This document shows positions 25,401 through 38,793 of a stretch of 64,000 nucleotides of DNA, one piece after another. This DNA comes from Hemiscyllium ocellatum (taxonomy: Eukaryota). Every line of letters begins with the position of its first letter. Within the stretch, counting starts at the first letter, position 1. Both the position numbers and the translations under genes were made by a program. Below the pieces are notes generated by a model. It had not been told where the DNA came from, searched no databases, and saw only the letters and a list, made by a program, of their open reading frames with translations. The stretch is taken from assembly GCF_020745735.1 (NCBI RefSeq), contig NC_083414.1, forward strand, positions 13,454,001 to 13,518,000. Direction: 5' to 3'.

Positions 25401-27847
25401 ATCCTTGAATAGTTGTGCTTAGAGCCAGCTTTCAATAAAATGTAAGGGTTGTGTTTGAGTTCAAAAGATAATTGGAGACCTGATAGTACAATAAATCTTA
25501 CCTCTGAAAATTTGTTAATGACAGGTGAGTATAATTAAGTTTTTTTACTGTAGCAAGAGTGATCAGAATTCAAAATGTGGTGGAATGAAAGAGATTACTT
25601 ATTTTAATCCAATTTAAGTGTTCATCTACACGCAAACACACAAAATTATGTTGGGTTGAATTGGACATTTATTAATCAGAACATTCAGCTCAGAACAGAA
25701 AACCCCACCTCCCCAGGTTAGCAGTGAAGTTGAGCAGTTACTCTGGGTTGGAGTTATATGTTGGCCCCACTACAGAGACTACAGTCCAGAGTTTGCTGAT
25801 TCTCACACCTTAAGCCAATTCTCCATCCAACGTTCCTGATGTTATAATTTTAGTCAGCATTGTGCCAGACATTGCTAACACTTGTCTATGTTAAAAGACA
25901 TGGATTCTGTATCACTGCCTGTGTTCATGATAGAAAAAAATCAGCAAAAGACACACCCTTATCTTTCTACGTCAAAGTAATGGAATGTGATGGAAGAAGA
26001 GTTTTTTTTTGTTAAATAGTCATATGAAGCTATTCAATTTTCTTCTCTCAACCCTTTTTTAAAAATTGTTTATAATTTGTTTCATGCTTTTTTTCCCTCC
26101 CTGAAACAGATGGCCTTTAGCACTTGGTACTTTGCTTGATTGAGCTTGTTGAATGTTAGTCCTCACATAAATTAAACTTGGGTGATGATTGTGATATTCT
26201 CTCACACTTTGTTTTATACTGATCTTACTTGTAATGAATTTCTCTCACTTATATTTTCCTATGATTTCCTAGTACAATCCCCTATCCAGTGCCCCAGCCC
26301 AAGAGGGTCAATTATATAATACCATCACTGAGCATGCGGACTTAGTTTTTTTTTTGGATTCCAAAGCTCAGTATCACAATATTATGTATTTATATTTTCT
26401 TGATACAGGAAAGCCTCACATAGCTGCTTTGTTTCATTTTCTTTCCCTTTTAAAGTTCCTTTTAGATGTTCAGTGTAACAACAAGTGCAAGGAGAAAGGT
26501 GTTTGAAACTTCTATCAAGCCTCCATGAACTGAATGCTAGTGTACATGCAGTCCAGGGAGACTGATTCTTATTTATTTCTCTATCTCTGTACTCTGAAAG
26601 GAAGTGCTTGGCCTCTGCTTGTCAATGTTGTTTGCAGTAGCAACAAGATTAGTCACTCAATACTTGCATGTATTCTGTGATTATGATGCGACTATGTTGC
26701 ATACGTTTCTTGGGCGTTTTCTTTCCCCCACCGGCAATACTTAAATGCTTCAGTAAATGTTGCGACAGAAATGGTTGAAATAAATCCAAAAGTAAATGTT
26801 CTTTTTTTTAAGACGAGCAGCCATATTTTTCAGTTTTATGCAGAACTTTTACATGAATACACGGATAATTTATTTGTTTACTGGTCCCCTTTGAACTGCG
26901 GCATTGAAACACCATTGCTATATTACACTTTAAAAAATAAAAGAGGAACTTTGGATTTAGACAGCAGTTTGCCGAGAGTTAGTCTCAAATCTCTAGAGAC
27001 CCTGGAATAATTGTACTGAAGTAATTTATATTCTACTGAAATGCATTTTTCTAATATAAATATTTTGTATATATACAGTAGATTTTGTAAATCACTGTAA
27101 TCCTTAAATTGGATAATCTTTGTAAACATGTGCCCCTAAAGTTGATTAACTTCTATTTATGTTGAAAATGTAAAGGTTTCCTGACTGCTGTACATTGGAA
27201 AAACTGCTGTATGTGTGTATGTATATATGTATATTTATCCTTAATTTTGTTTTGGGAGGGACTGTACTAGATAGTTTTTAATTGTATAAAAGGAGTTGCA
27301 GAAACAAAACTTGACTGTTTGTACTTTATTCTTTCACTGAAAGGTTACTTCTTGTACTAATTACTAAAGTGCAAAATTTCTCAACTTCCAAAATTCTAAC
27401 CACCTGACACTAAAGAAGATTTGAATTCTTAGCTCCTTCAGTGATTTAATCATATGTTTCTGAGGCTTGCTGTACTGGATGCAAGCTGTGTAGTAGGTCT
27501 GGCTGAATCGGAGAGCTGTAGTACATTGTGTCACTGCTTGTTTATTGAACACAACTAATTTTAAAAAACAAGAAGTTGGGTCCAGTGGAAGAAGAAGGAG
27601 CTAAGAATCTTTGGAGAGCAAAATGACACTGTAGCAGGAGGGAATTTTTTTTATCACTTAATCTCTTTATGAACTATTTTGAACGTGGTTGAGCATGAAA
27701 TACTTCTGTTTTTAAAGTCAGCAGAGTGCTATCTCATTGTCAAGTTATACAAGCCTTACAATTGATATTTGTTTTATTGAGATTTGCACAAATGCAAAAA
27801 TACTGTCAATTTTACTTTTTCTAATTTACTCAGGTGGCTGATTGGAT

Positions 27848-28010
27848 GAAAAGTCAGAGTGTGGTGCTAGAAAAAGCCTCATTCCTGATGAAGGGCTAAT
27901 GCCGAAAACGTCGACTCCTGCTGCTTGGATGCTGCTTGACTGGCTGTGTTTTTCCAGCATCAAACTCTTTGACTCCGATCTCCAGCACCTGCAGTCCTCA
28001 CTTTCTCCTT
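27848..28010 (+). mobile_element. Family A PLE terminus with decayed hammerhead
   Basis: attcctgatgaagggctaatgccgaaaacgtcga at 27881; tail ctccagcacctgcagtcctcactttctcc; short inverted left arm. Confidence 0.7.
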
Positions 28011-29099
28011 ATTAGGTGAAAGGCCATTCATCTGAAACTTTGCAACTCTGTGCACAGCTGTTTTGAGTTCTTCGCCTGTTTTATTCTGGTTGACTCTTTC
28101 TTCACACAGTTTTCTCCAACCTCTTGTAAGGTGTTTAATTCACCAGCATCTTGTCTAAGTAATCAATCTTCATCAGACTCTTGGTCTACCAGGTGAAACT
28201 ATTCTGAAGCCCATCTCTGCCAGTAAGTCACAGAAGCTTATCACTGCACTGTGTGCTAGGTTCTAATGATGGATGGTATACGTCACTGACTGTTTGTTTG
28301 CAATTGGACTGATCCTACAGACTATCGATACTCCTGTAGCTTTAGTGAAGTGGTATCTGTATAGAGAGAGCTTCGAAACAACCAGGAGCAGAAAATGATA
28401 TTGGCGACTGTGTGTAGACTCCCAAACTTTAGTGGTACTGCTGGATGCTATAGACCAGACCAAACCCCCTCTTAATATATTTAGAAGTTAGCCTAGACCC
28501 TAACATTTTCTTATTTTAAAAGTAAGAATAAGGCATTGCATTTCTGGATGCATTTTGATTGGTCAAGCTACTTGACTTTAAGCAAAATGTTATTTTTACA
28601 CCACAGGTAAAATACAGATAAAATAAAATAAAGAATTGGTTGAACTGTCAAAGTGCTCAACAAAATAATACTAATGAGCTGTTCCAATATTATAGTAACA
28701 TCCCATAAACACACACACTTGGGTAAATTCAGTAAAAAAGATTGTCTCATATGCAATTTTAGCAGCAGGAAGAAAACTCCAGAAAGAGAATTAAGAGCTT
28801 TCATATCCAGCTTCAAGACCCCAGGAACTGCTGAAAGCCACAAGCCATAGTTCTGTGGGAGCTTGATCCCACCCATTCAGGCTGCTTCAATTATTCCTAC
28901 TTAAGAACATAAAACAAGGCCTCACAAGCTGTTTGTTGGCATTTAACAGACCATTTGATACCCCTCTCAATCTTCCTTGATTTAAAAAAAAATACAGGAT
29001 AAAATCTCTAAAAGCCATTGTATTGTCACCTGGGGAAATTGGAAATTAGAGGCACAAGCAATAAGGGTACAGCTGAGTTCTGGGCAAACTTAATTTATA

Positions 29100-30830
29100 T
29101 TTAAATTGGGCAAATCAAACCAGTAACAATATTGTAGAGGGGAATTTCTTGGAATGTGTATGGCATGGTTTTCTGCATCAAAATATTGAGGAACAACTAA
29201 GATCAGGCCATTGCAGACTGGATATTGTGTAAGGGGAAACAGATTTGACAGTCTAGCTGTGTAAGATCACATTAAGATGGAGGGTGACGTATTTAATTCT
29301 GAGAATCAGGACCTGAATCTAAATAAAGGAAACTGCAATGATATGAGATGCAATCTGGCTATGAACAATTGGAGAACATTGCTGAACAGAATGTTGGTGG
29401 TTCGGCATTGGGGCGTGGATACACTGAAACAATTGTTCATTTCTGTTTGGCCCAGTGGGAAAGGTGATCTGACTTGAGGCTAAACAAGAAAAATTAGGAA
29501 TACATTAGAACCAAGGAAGAGGCAAACAAATTGGTCAAAAAAAAACAGCAGACCTTAGGATTGGGAACAATTTTTAGATTTCAGCTAAGATGGATTGATT
29601 TAAGAGAGAAAATAGTACGAGAGCGAATTTGTGGGAAACATAAAAACTGATGGTGAGAACTTCTATACGTATGTGAAGAGAGGAAGACTGGTGAAGACAA
29701 ATACAGTTTCCTGTTGGTAAATTATAAAAGGGAACAAAGAGATGACAACTAATTAAATACAAACTTTAGATTAGACTTACAGTGTGGAAACAGGCCCTTC
29801 GGCCCAACAAGTCCACACCGACCCGCTGAAGCGCAACCCACCCATGCCCCTACATTTACCCCTTACCTAACACTACGGGCAATTTAGCATGGCCAATTCA
29901 CCTGACCTGCACATCTTTGTGACTGTGGGAGGAAACCGGAGCACCCGGAGGAAACCCACGCAGACACGGAGAGAACGTGCAAACTCCACACAGTCAGTTG
30001 CCTGAGTCGGGAATTGAACCCGGGTCTACAGGCGCTGTGAGGCAGCAGTGCTAACCACTGTGCCACTGTGCCGCCTTGACACAGGAGAACACAAATAACT
30101 TCTCTGAAATGTTGGGGAACATATAGGGCCTTGTGAGAGAGAGGAACTAAAGGAAACATTGAGTATGGAAATGGTGTTGGAGAAATTAATGAGATTAAAG
30201 GCAATAAATTTCCAATGCCCAATTATCCCAGAATATTCAATGAAGTGGCCCTAGAAATAGTGGATGCATTGGTGCATCTTGCAAGATTCCATAGACTCTG
30301 GAGTAATTTGTATAGATTAGAAGGTAGTTTAATGTATCTCCATATTTAAAAAAGACAGTAGACTAAATTATAGACCAGTTAGCCAGACATCGGTAGTCGA
30401 AAAAAGCAGGGTGTGAGGGGGAACTGTGAAGGATGCAGAGATGCTGCAGTGTGAGTGGGCACATGCGTGGCAGATGAAGTATAATGTGGATAAATGAGGT
30501 TGTACCAATAAAATTTGAGTGGTGATAGATTGAGAAAGGCTATGTGCCATCAGATATTAAATTAGTCCTGAAAGTAAGAAAGCAGTACACTTGCAACCTG
30601 AGATTAAAAAGACCTTCACCTCGAGAGGGTTCAAGTACAGGAGTTAGGGATGTCTTACTGCAATTTCTTTCAAGAAAAACTTGGGTATAGTTCTTAGGGC
30701 TAAAGGGATGAAACAGTAGGGAGAGGAAGTGGGAACAGGGTATTGAGTTGGATGAACAGCCACGATTCATTTTAAATGGTGGAGCAGGTTCAAAGGGCCA
30801 AATGACCTACTTCTTACTTTCTTAGTTTTT
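29100..30830 (+). mobile_element. Heavily deleted old CR1 LINE
   Basis: Scattered CR1 endonuclease/RT-like remnants and a CR1 3' end ~30700-30830. Confidence 0.6.
29766..30075 (-). mobile_element. Young HE1-type V-SINE
   Basis: Complete head to tail with CpGs retained. Confidence 0.88.
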
Positions 30831-31619
30831 TATGTACCAATTTCTCCAAGGACCACCAGATAACAAATGGGAATAGAAATTCCGCTTTTTAATTTTTATT
30901 TTTTCTTCCCTACCTCCCCACTCCTAGGTCACCCAGACCAAAAATAATGTAAAAACTTCCAAGAAGAATTAAACCTAAAACTAGTGTTAGTTTTGCCTAG
31001 TGTTTCATCAGCTGCTACCTTTATCCGTTAATTTTTTAATCTATTAACTTCTACCTGCTGATCCTAATTTGAGGAATAAAAATAGGTCTCTGGTGTTAGC
31101 TAATGTCATTTTAATCCCTTCACAGAAAATGAATAAGGGAAGCTTGGGTGACCCAGACATTGACTGTATTTCACATATTCCCTTATGTGGAAGGAAGTTC
31201 CAAATATTAACTCCAAGCTCCCTATAATGTGTTTTAAGATTGAAAACAGAAAAGTGTAATTCCTACCCTTAAAATAAACAACTAAAATGCTAAAGTTCTG
31301 TGACCTTGCTCAATTTTTGGACCTTTTTGTTATTGATTGGTTTACTCTGAAAGTAACAACATTTGGGACTAAATTGGACAGCTGTTAAATAGAGGTGAGG
31401 GGTTTTAATGGCTACTTCCATGCTGTAGATTTGTATGAATCTATAAGCAAAACCTACTTATATAATAAGGGTTCAATCTAACTGATTTAACACCAGATGT
31501 TTGGATCTTTTAAAAATGCTGTTAAAAGTGCATTTGTAGATTCATGCAGCGCAGTAAAGGCTCTTCAGCCTATTAGGTCTGTACTGACATAAATGCCACT
31601 TAAAAAATGCGCTCATCCC

Positions 31620-31975
31620 AATTTCCTGCACTTGACTTATTTCCTTGAATGTTGTGATATTTGAAGTGCTTGTGCAAAATCTTTCAAGGTTGTAACGTTT
31701 CCAGCCTCCATTACCTTCCCAGACACTGCATTCCAGATACCCACCACCTGCTGAGCGAAACCATTCTTGCCAAATTCCCTCAGTCTCCTGCCCCTTACCT
31801 TAAAACTGTGCCCTCTTGTTGACTGACCCCTCAACCAAAGGTAACAGATGCTCTCTATTCACCCTGATCATGCCCCTCATAATCTTCTACACCTCAATCA
31901 TGTTCTCTTCCCCCCACGCAACCCCCCTCCCACCCCATAGTCCTCTCTGCTCAAAAGAAAACAATCCAAGTCTAA
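31620..31975 (-). mobile_element. CR1 3' fragment
   Basis: TRGHSFKVRG...VVGIWN peptide. Confidence 0.7.
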
Positions 31976-34900
31976 CAAGGTTCAAGCTGCTGTTGCTTTG
32001 TAAAATCTACTTCATAGATTGTAGAGGTGAATCCCTCCGACCATATTTGCCATCTGATAAATGGCATAACTGTAAGCCTGACTCCAGGTTGTATCCTTTG
32101 TTAGGTGCCAAGAAAATCCCAGTTTTTTCTTTAAGTTTGAAAAGTTCAATAAATTGCAGTGTTGACAAACATTGGAAAGTTAAATTTACAAAATACACTG
32201 GACTATTGTGAACTAATAAACGATGTTGAATATTCCTGTATAATGAAACTTGTATTATAATTTATGTAGGTTTTTGTGGCAAATGACCCTAGGTTGTGGC
32301 TTTTGCACTGTTGTGTGTGATCTTTGCGTGCATGAAGTCACTTTTGCACTGTTACTTGATATTATGCCTGTTTCAGCAAATGTTGGCAAGTGAGTCTATT
32401 TTGTGCCACTGTACTTACAAATGATTGTTCAATATGATCCAATGATAGCTTCATGTCATTGTTTAAACCCACCAAACCTAGCTTATGATTTGAGTTCTGA
32501 ATTTAGTCACAAAAAAAACTGGTGTTTCTGTTTTTCAAGGCTGTTTCTTGTATCCTAGTTCTGAAGACAAAGAATTTCAACTTATGGTCTCCTTTGGCAA
32601 TGCTTAAGTTCTGTACTACCAAGCATTTAGGTCACAGGCTTGTAGTTCTTTCAGCAGCAAAAATCCAGGTGCAAAGTTAAGTTGCAGAAAATATTTTTGT
32701 TGAACATATTTACTATTAGACCGTAAGAAATAGGAACATGAGCAGGCTGTTCAGTGGCTCAAGCTGCCTCTGCCATTCAATAGGATCATGACGGAGCTGA
32801 TAATCTTCACGCCTATTTTCCTGTATTTTCCCAGTAACCCATAAGGTCTCTTAACGAGGTTACCATGAAGGACTCTCCTCAGCCTCTCCCCAAGCCTGAA
32901 GCATGGTGACCCTTAGGTTAAACCACCACCAGTTGTCTCTTTCTGTAGAAATAGCAGCCCTGTGATCCTGTAGGACTATGGTGACTTTGCCTTTCATGTG
33001 TTTGGTAGTGATGAGATTAAAACATTTTCACAGGAATTCTGTAATGTTAATTCTACACAATTTGTGCAAAATTAATTAACTTTTATGTATATCAAGCTAT
33101 TTCTGGGTTAATATCTGTATATTTGTCACTCGAGGTCTCAGCAAACAATGTTTTGAATGCGCAAGTGGCCAAGAAATAAAGGTCCATCAGGAACCTTTGT
33201 CTTAAAAATTCTGGTAAGATTACACTACATGGGGACTATTTTCCCATTGCAACATGGCAGGAATTGAGTAGACTAATAAAAGATGTTTGCAGATTATATT
33301 GCTATTTTAATTATAGCATGGGTGTCATCACATCCTGACACAATACTCTTGAGTGTGCACTAAGAACTGCCTTTGCCAAAAGGAAGACTTAAAACTCATC
33401 ACAATTTTATAGCAGATGGTATTTCAAGGCTGTAATCTTGTCTCAGTTTGGGTGACAATTATAAACTGACAGCTGCTCTATAGTTTTTTTATTCTCTTTT
33501 TGGCTGTACTCCCAAACCAAAAAGGAAGAACAATTATCTTGTGTTGTGTCTACTGAAGATAAATATCACTGGCTAACTAACAATTGTTAGTAAGTAAGAT
33601 GAAAATCGTTTAATTGCTACTGTACTCAGCAGAAAGATGTTTTGAAATTTGGTTGGGTGATATAAAAATCTGAATAACTTTTCCAAAGGGTTAGCTCTGT
33701 TAATGAAATTTAAAAAGACCTATTTGGGAAGGAAATTCCCCTTTGAATACAGCCTTAACAATATATATTTATTATACTTGGAACTCACCTAAACACAATT
33801 AATGAAAAAGACTTTAAGTAGATTCTTACAATGATCTGTTTTCACTAATGTTTAAGAATAACTAACAGTGTCAAACTCATGAGACATTTTTTGTTGTCGC
33901 CTTTGATGTCAAAATACAAGTGAACCCGTGAATTAGATGCAGATGTAGGCTTTTCGGTGGCTCAAGCTTATTTCTCCATTCAATAAGATCATGGCTGATC
34001 TGATTGTGTTTTGAACTCAACATTTCTATCTACCCCAATAAACTTAGATTCTTTTGCCTAACAAGAATCTACCTAAAATCAGATTATTAATGTCTGCATA
34101 AGCTGCCCACAAATTTTGATCTTCAACAATCAGTAATTTGCATTAACGCCTTCATTTTTTACATTACAAGAAATCGTCACCATTACGGACACAAAATAGT
34201 TTTGCCACATTTTGCAATCTCTGGATTTTTTTTTCACACCTGCACATTGTTTACGCAATCTAAATTATTAATGCATGCTTTAACACGGCACCTATGTTCT
34301 CTACATTTTTTGTGAACTCCATTTTCACATTGATTTAATTCACATTTCAAAGAGTTGGGGAATTTCTTAAAACTTAGCTTCAAAAGAAAGTGGGAGTTGT
34401 ATCATTGTAAACATGAGTACTTCTGCACTTTTTATGATCAACAGTCAACCTCATGGGATTCTGAGCCATGTACTGTTACCTATGTATGTTATGTGGGAAT
34501 TGCCAATCTGTACAAGTGGAACATCATTATTAATAATTACTGAACTGCTAATTTGAGTAAGTATCGATTAATTTACATTAATACTTATTATTTTGTAATG
34601 CTTTAAATTCGCTAATTTAAAAAAAAGGAACATTTTACTTCACGTAAAATCCAACAGCTATATTGTACAATCCCCATTGGTCATTCCTTCATCTTTAACC
34701 CTCCCTCCAGCCTCTTGAACCCAGTACCCAACCTTGGACTTTGCTGGGCTCCTGTTGTGGTGGCAGTATTTGTAGTCACCACTCTTGGTAGGCACTGCTA
34801 GGCCTACAGAGCTGCCAGAGAAACAATTTGGCTGGGAGCTTCGTAAGGCAGCACTTCCTCCCACTGTTAAATTACAACAGCAGACTTCACCCATCTTTGA

Positions 34901-35366
34901 TTTTTAGCTGGGGTGGGCAGGCAATCCAAGATGGGCAAAATTGCTGGCCCAGCCAGCTATGTGCACATTCTACATAATAGCAATATTTACTGTTGTGATT
35001 TTTATGCTTATGTAGCAAATCTATTTACACAGTTTCAATTACACAGGAAACGTGTGTGATTTCAATAATGTATTCTTACAAAAGGAAAGGTGTTCTTGTC
35101 CTTTAAACATGTATAGAAGCCCCCATTGGCAGCCTTTGGCACATTTTCTGTCAGTAAGCAGTAGGATATAGACTTTTGGAGTAGGAGCAATGTTAATAGC
35201 TGAATAATGTAAAATGCAGAGAGCTGGGTTTTCTGGAGTACTGGTGGTCCTTTCTGTCCCCTCCCTACCCCAGCTAAAAGGTTGAGGGGGGGAACTGCTC
35301 ACATTCCCAATAACTACCCTAATTTAATAGTGGAAACGGTGTTACACATTGGACTCTTATCATGGA

Positions 35367-35680
35367 AGCATAGAATCCCTAAAGCATGAAAAGAGGCTAT
35401 TTGGCCCCCCAAGTTTGCACCGCCCCTTCAAAAAACATCTCACCTAGGCCCAGCCCTCCATCATATCCCTGTAATTCCACATTAACCATGGTAAACCATA
35501 GCTGAACTTGCACATCTCTGGACACTTCATGGCAATTTAGCATGGCTAATCCACCTAACTTGTACATCTTTGGACTGTGGGAGGAAACTGGAGGACCGGG
35601 TGCAAAATCCACACAGACAGTCACCCATTCAAATCCAGATCCCTGGCAGCAGGGCTAACCATTGAGTCACTGTGCTGCCC
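35367..35680 (-). mobile_element. HE1-type V-SINE, decayed
   Basis: Same core and head as the other copies. Confidence 0.7.
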
Positions 35681-37129
35681 AAATTGTTAACTTCGGTCAA
35701 GTCATCCTTCTGCCCCTTCCTGTGGAGGAAGCTTTACTCTTGTAGTTTTAAATTAAAATGGGAAAATATGTTTAACTTGATGCAAAAATACTTTTCCTTC
35801 ACAAATCTCCTTTGGTTGGAAATGGCAGATTATTGCAGATGAATTAGTTGGTACTTATTTACTGGAAGGCTTTGCCGTTTTTAAACTTGGAAGTGAAAAC
35901 AGAAGTCACATGCCAATAGAATGCACCATGAAATTTCAATGTGTTCTGATGTGAGTGTTGTGGTGCTTGTGAGATTCAAGTCTTTTCACTTTGTCTAAAA
36001 ATCGTATAAGGCTAAGTTCAAAGGACCACAGCTGAATGTATGATTTTTGATAGAACTCTGAAGTCAGAATTTCTGTTTTTGTCCCATGATTTATTTTGCT
36101 ATCTCTGTGTTCTATCTACTATTTGGGAACTTGGATACTGGTGAGGAAAATGGGATTTTGTTTATTTAGTGCTGTGAAGATTTTTTTTAATGGTCAGAAG
36201 GTTTTTTGAACAGAGAACTAAAGGCAACCTTTCCAAGAAATATGTCAAATGACTCAACAAGCGACTCGGTTAGAGAACTGATGTTTATTGTTGACTTCAG
36301 TTTTTGTGAATTACAGAAAGAGTTGGCTGGGGCTCAGAAGCAGGTTGCAGTTTGGAAGACCCCTATCAACAGATGTGCTTTCTTGCAACTTAAAAGTAAG
36401 TCAAATCCTTGAGTTTATTTCTTAGAAAAATTAGTGAGAAAAAGGCAGTGATTGGGCATAAGTGGCTGTGTGGTTTAGAGGGTGGCAGCAGTGGAGAAAA
36501 TCAAATCTGGTGTATTTGTAGGAAGTCCTTGAAAGGAGAGGTTTGTGATCTTGTTACCTGAGTAAGAAAATTTCCAGTCTGAATAGGAATGATACTTCAC
36601 TGGGCTTGAGTACTTATCATGGTTATTGCTTTGAAAAGTGCTGTTCATAATCTATTTCTATTATGCTTTCAATAATGATAACAAATTTTTTTCTTGTGGC
36701 TAAAGGATATAAGGAGAAAGCAGGAACAAGATACTGAGTTGGCTGATTAGCCAATGATCATATTAAATAGTGGACCAGGCATAAAGGGCTGAATGGTCTA
36801 CTGTACCTATTTTCTGTTTCCAATTGTGTGTCCATATAATATCAGTTTGTTTGTTTTTTTTACTTTCTTTTGTGAAATAAGCTGAGGTCCTTTTATTAAA
36901 AGAACATTGACAACCTCATGTGTATATGTTCAATGACTGACTACCATGGTAACCAAATTACAGAGATAAAATTTTTGATCTATCGTCAGGTTTCATCTGG
37001 AATATGTCTTGTCCAGTGTTAGCATCAGATAGAATCATAATGATTTCTGCACATGGAGAAAGAGTCACTGATTGCAATGAAGAGTGGGAAGTCAATTTAA
37101 GGGTGCTAATCCCAATTCCTAATTAATTA

Positions 37130-38075
37130 ACTATACAACATTAATGATCTGGTCAAAGGAATAGAGGGCATTGTTAAGTTTGCAGGTAACACAAAGATAG
37201 GTGAAAGATGGGTAATGTTGAGGAGGCAGGGAGACTGCAAAAGGACTTGAACAGGCTAGGAGTGTGGGAAAAGAAGTGGTAGATGAATACACTGTGGGAA
37301 AGTGTGAGGTAGCTATACATTTTGGTGGGAGAGACGTCGACAATTTTCAAAATGGGGAAAGCTTCAGAAATCTGAAATGCAATGTGACTTAGGAGTCCTT
37401 GGTTCAGGATTGTCTTCAGATTAACCTGCAGCTTCAGTTGGCAGTTAGGAAGTTAAATGCAATATTAGCATTCATTTCAAGAGGGCTAGAATAACAAGAA
37501 AAGGCTTACTGCTGAGGCTGTAGAAGGCTCTGGTCAGAACAAATTGGGAATTTTGTGAGCAGTTTTGTGCCCCACATTTAAGGAAGGATGTGCTGGCTTT
37601 GGAGGGGGTCCAGAGGAGTTTCACAAGAATGATCCTGGGTATGAAGGGCTCATCATATGAAGAGTGGTTGAGGACTCTGGGTGTGTAATCAGTGGAATTT
37701 AGAGAAAGAGAGGAGAATCTCATTGAAATGCATAGAATACTAGAAACCTGGATATAGTCGACATGGAGAAGATGCTTCCACTAGTAGAAGAGACTAGGAC
37801 CCGAGGGCACAGCCTCAGAGTGAAGGGACGACCCTTTAGAACTGAAATGAGAATGAATTTCATCCGAGAGTGGTTAATCTGTGGAACATTTTTGCTGCAG
37901 AAGGCTATGGAAGCCAGGTCATTAAGACAAAGATAGATATGTTACTGATTAATAAAGGTTAAGGGGAGAAAGCAGGAAAGTGAAGTAAAGAAACATATTA
38001 GCCATGACCCAAGGACCCAATGGTCATTTCTGGCCTAATAAATGGCCAAATTCTGCTCCTATATCATGTGGTCTT
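37130..38075 (+). mobile_element. CR1 3' fragment
   Basis: Decayed ORF2 C-terminus and 3' stem-loop region. Confidence 0.75.
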
Positions 38076-38259
38076 AAAACAAGAGATTGAGTTTGAGTCC
38101 TTTCTGGTCTATCTAAATGTACTCAACACGATGTTGCAAATAGGTATTGAAGGGTCTTCCCTAATACCATACATCAAAAACAATTCCCAGTAATCTGCTG
38201 ACTGTGGATATAAATTCCGCTTCAATTTTGTTTTGGATTACTGGGAGTAACTTACAAAC

Positions 38260-38449
38260 GGGGAGAAAGTGAGGTCTGCAGATGCTGGAGATCAGAGCTG
38301 AAAATGTGTTGCTGGAAAAGCGCAGCAGGTCATGCAGCATCCAAGGAACAGGAATGATTCCTGAAGAAGGGCTTATGCCTGAAACGTTGAATCTCCTGTT
38401 CCTTGGATGCTGCCTGACCTGCTGCGCTTTTCCAGCAACACATTTTCAG
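38260..38449. mobile_element. Fold-back family A PLE terminus with hammerhead motif
   Basis: Arms ~38298-38352 and 38395-38449; TSD agtaacttacaaac at 38246 and 38448; plus-strand GATTC-CTGAAGA-A-GGGC-TTAT-GCCT-GAAA-CGTT-GAATC at 38356-38393. Confidence 0.85.
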
Positions 38450-38793
38450 TAACTTACAAACCCCTAAAAATCTTTTAAAAATTACAAATATTGCAAAATG
38501 TTGACTACCTCTTAGTGCACTCATTTGAGAAATGCTTGAATATTGACATTTTTATTTAAATAGCTTCGTTTGTAAGGTATGCAATAATGGCTGTCAAAAT
38601 GCTGCCGGCTTGTGGCACATATGATCCAACATTGTTTGCTTTAAGTTGTAATGCCAGTGTTCAACACATTAAAACTATACATGCATCCCTGTCCCCTTTA
38701 CTGATACAACACTATGTGAGCACAATATTATGTCCCTTTATAAAGAAATTAAATTCTTCATCTCTCTTTGTTCATGAAAGGCTAATACTAGAC

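Noticed and set aside
28430-29030. Possible solo LTR (also ~36150-37040)
   Set aside because: LTR-like impression only; no termini or TSD could be fixed by eye.
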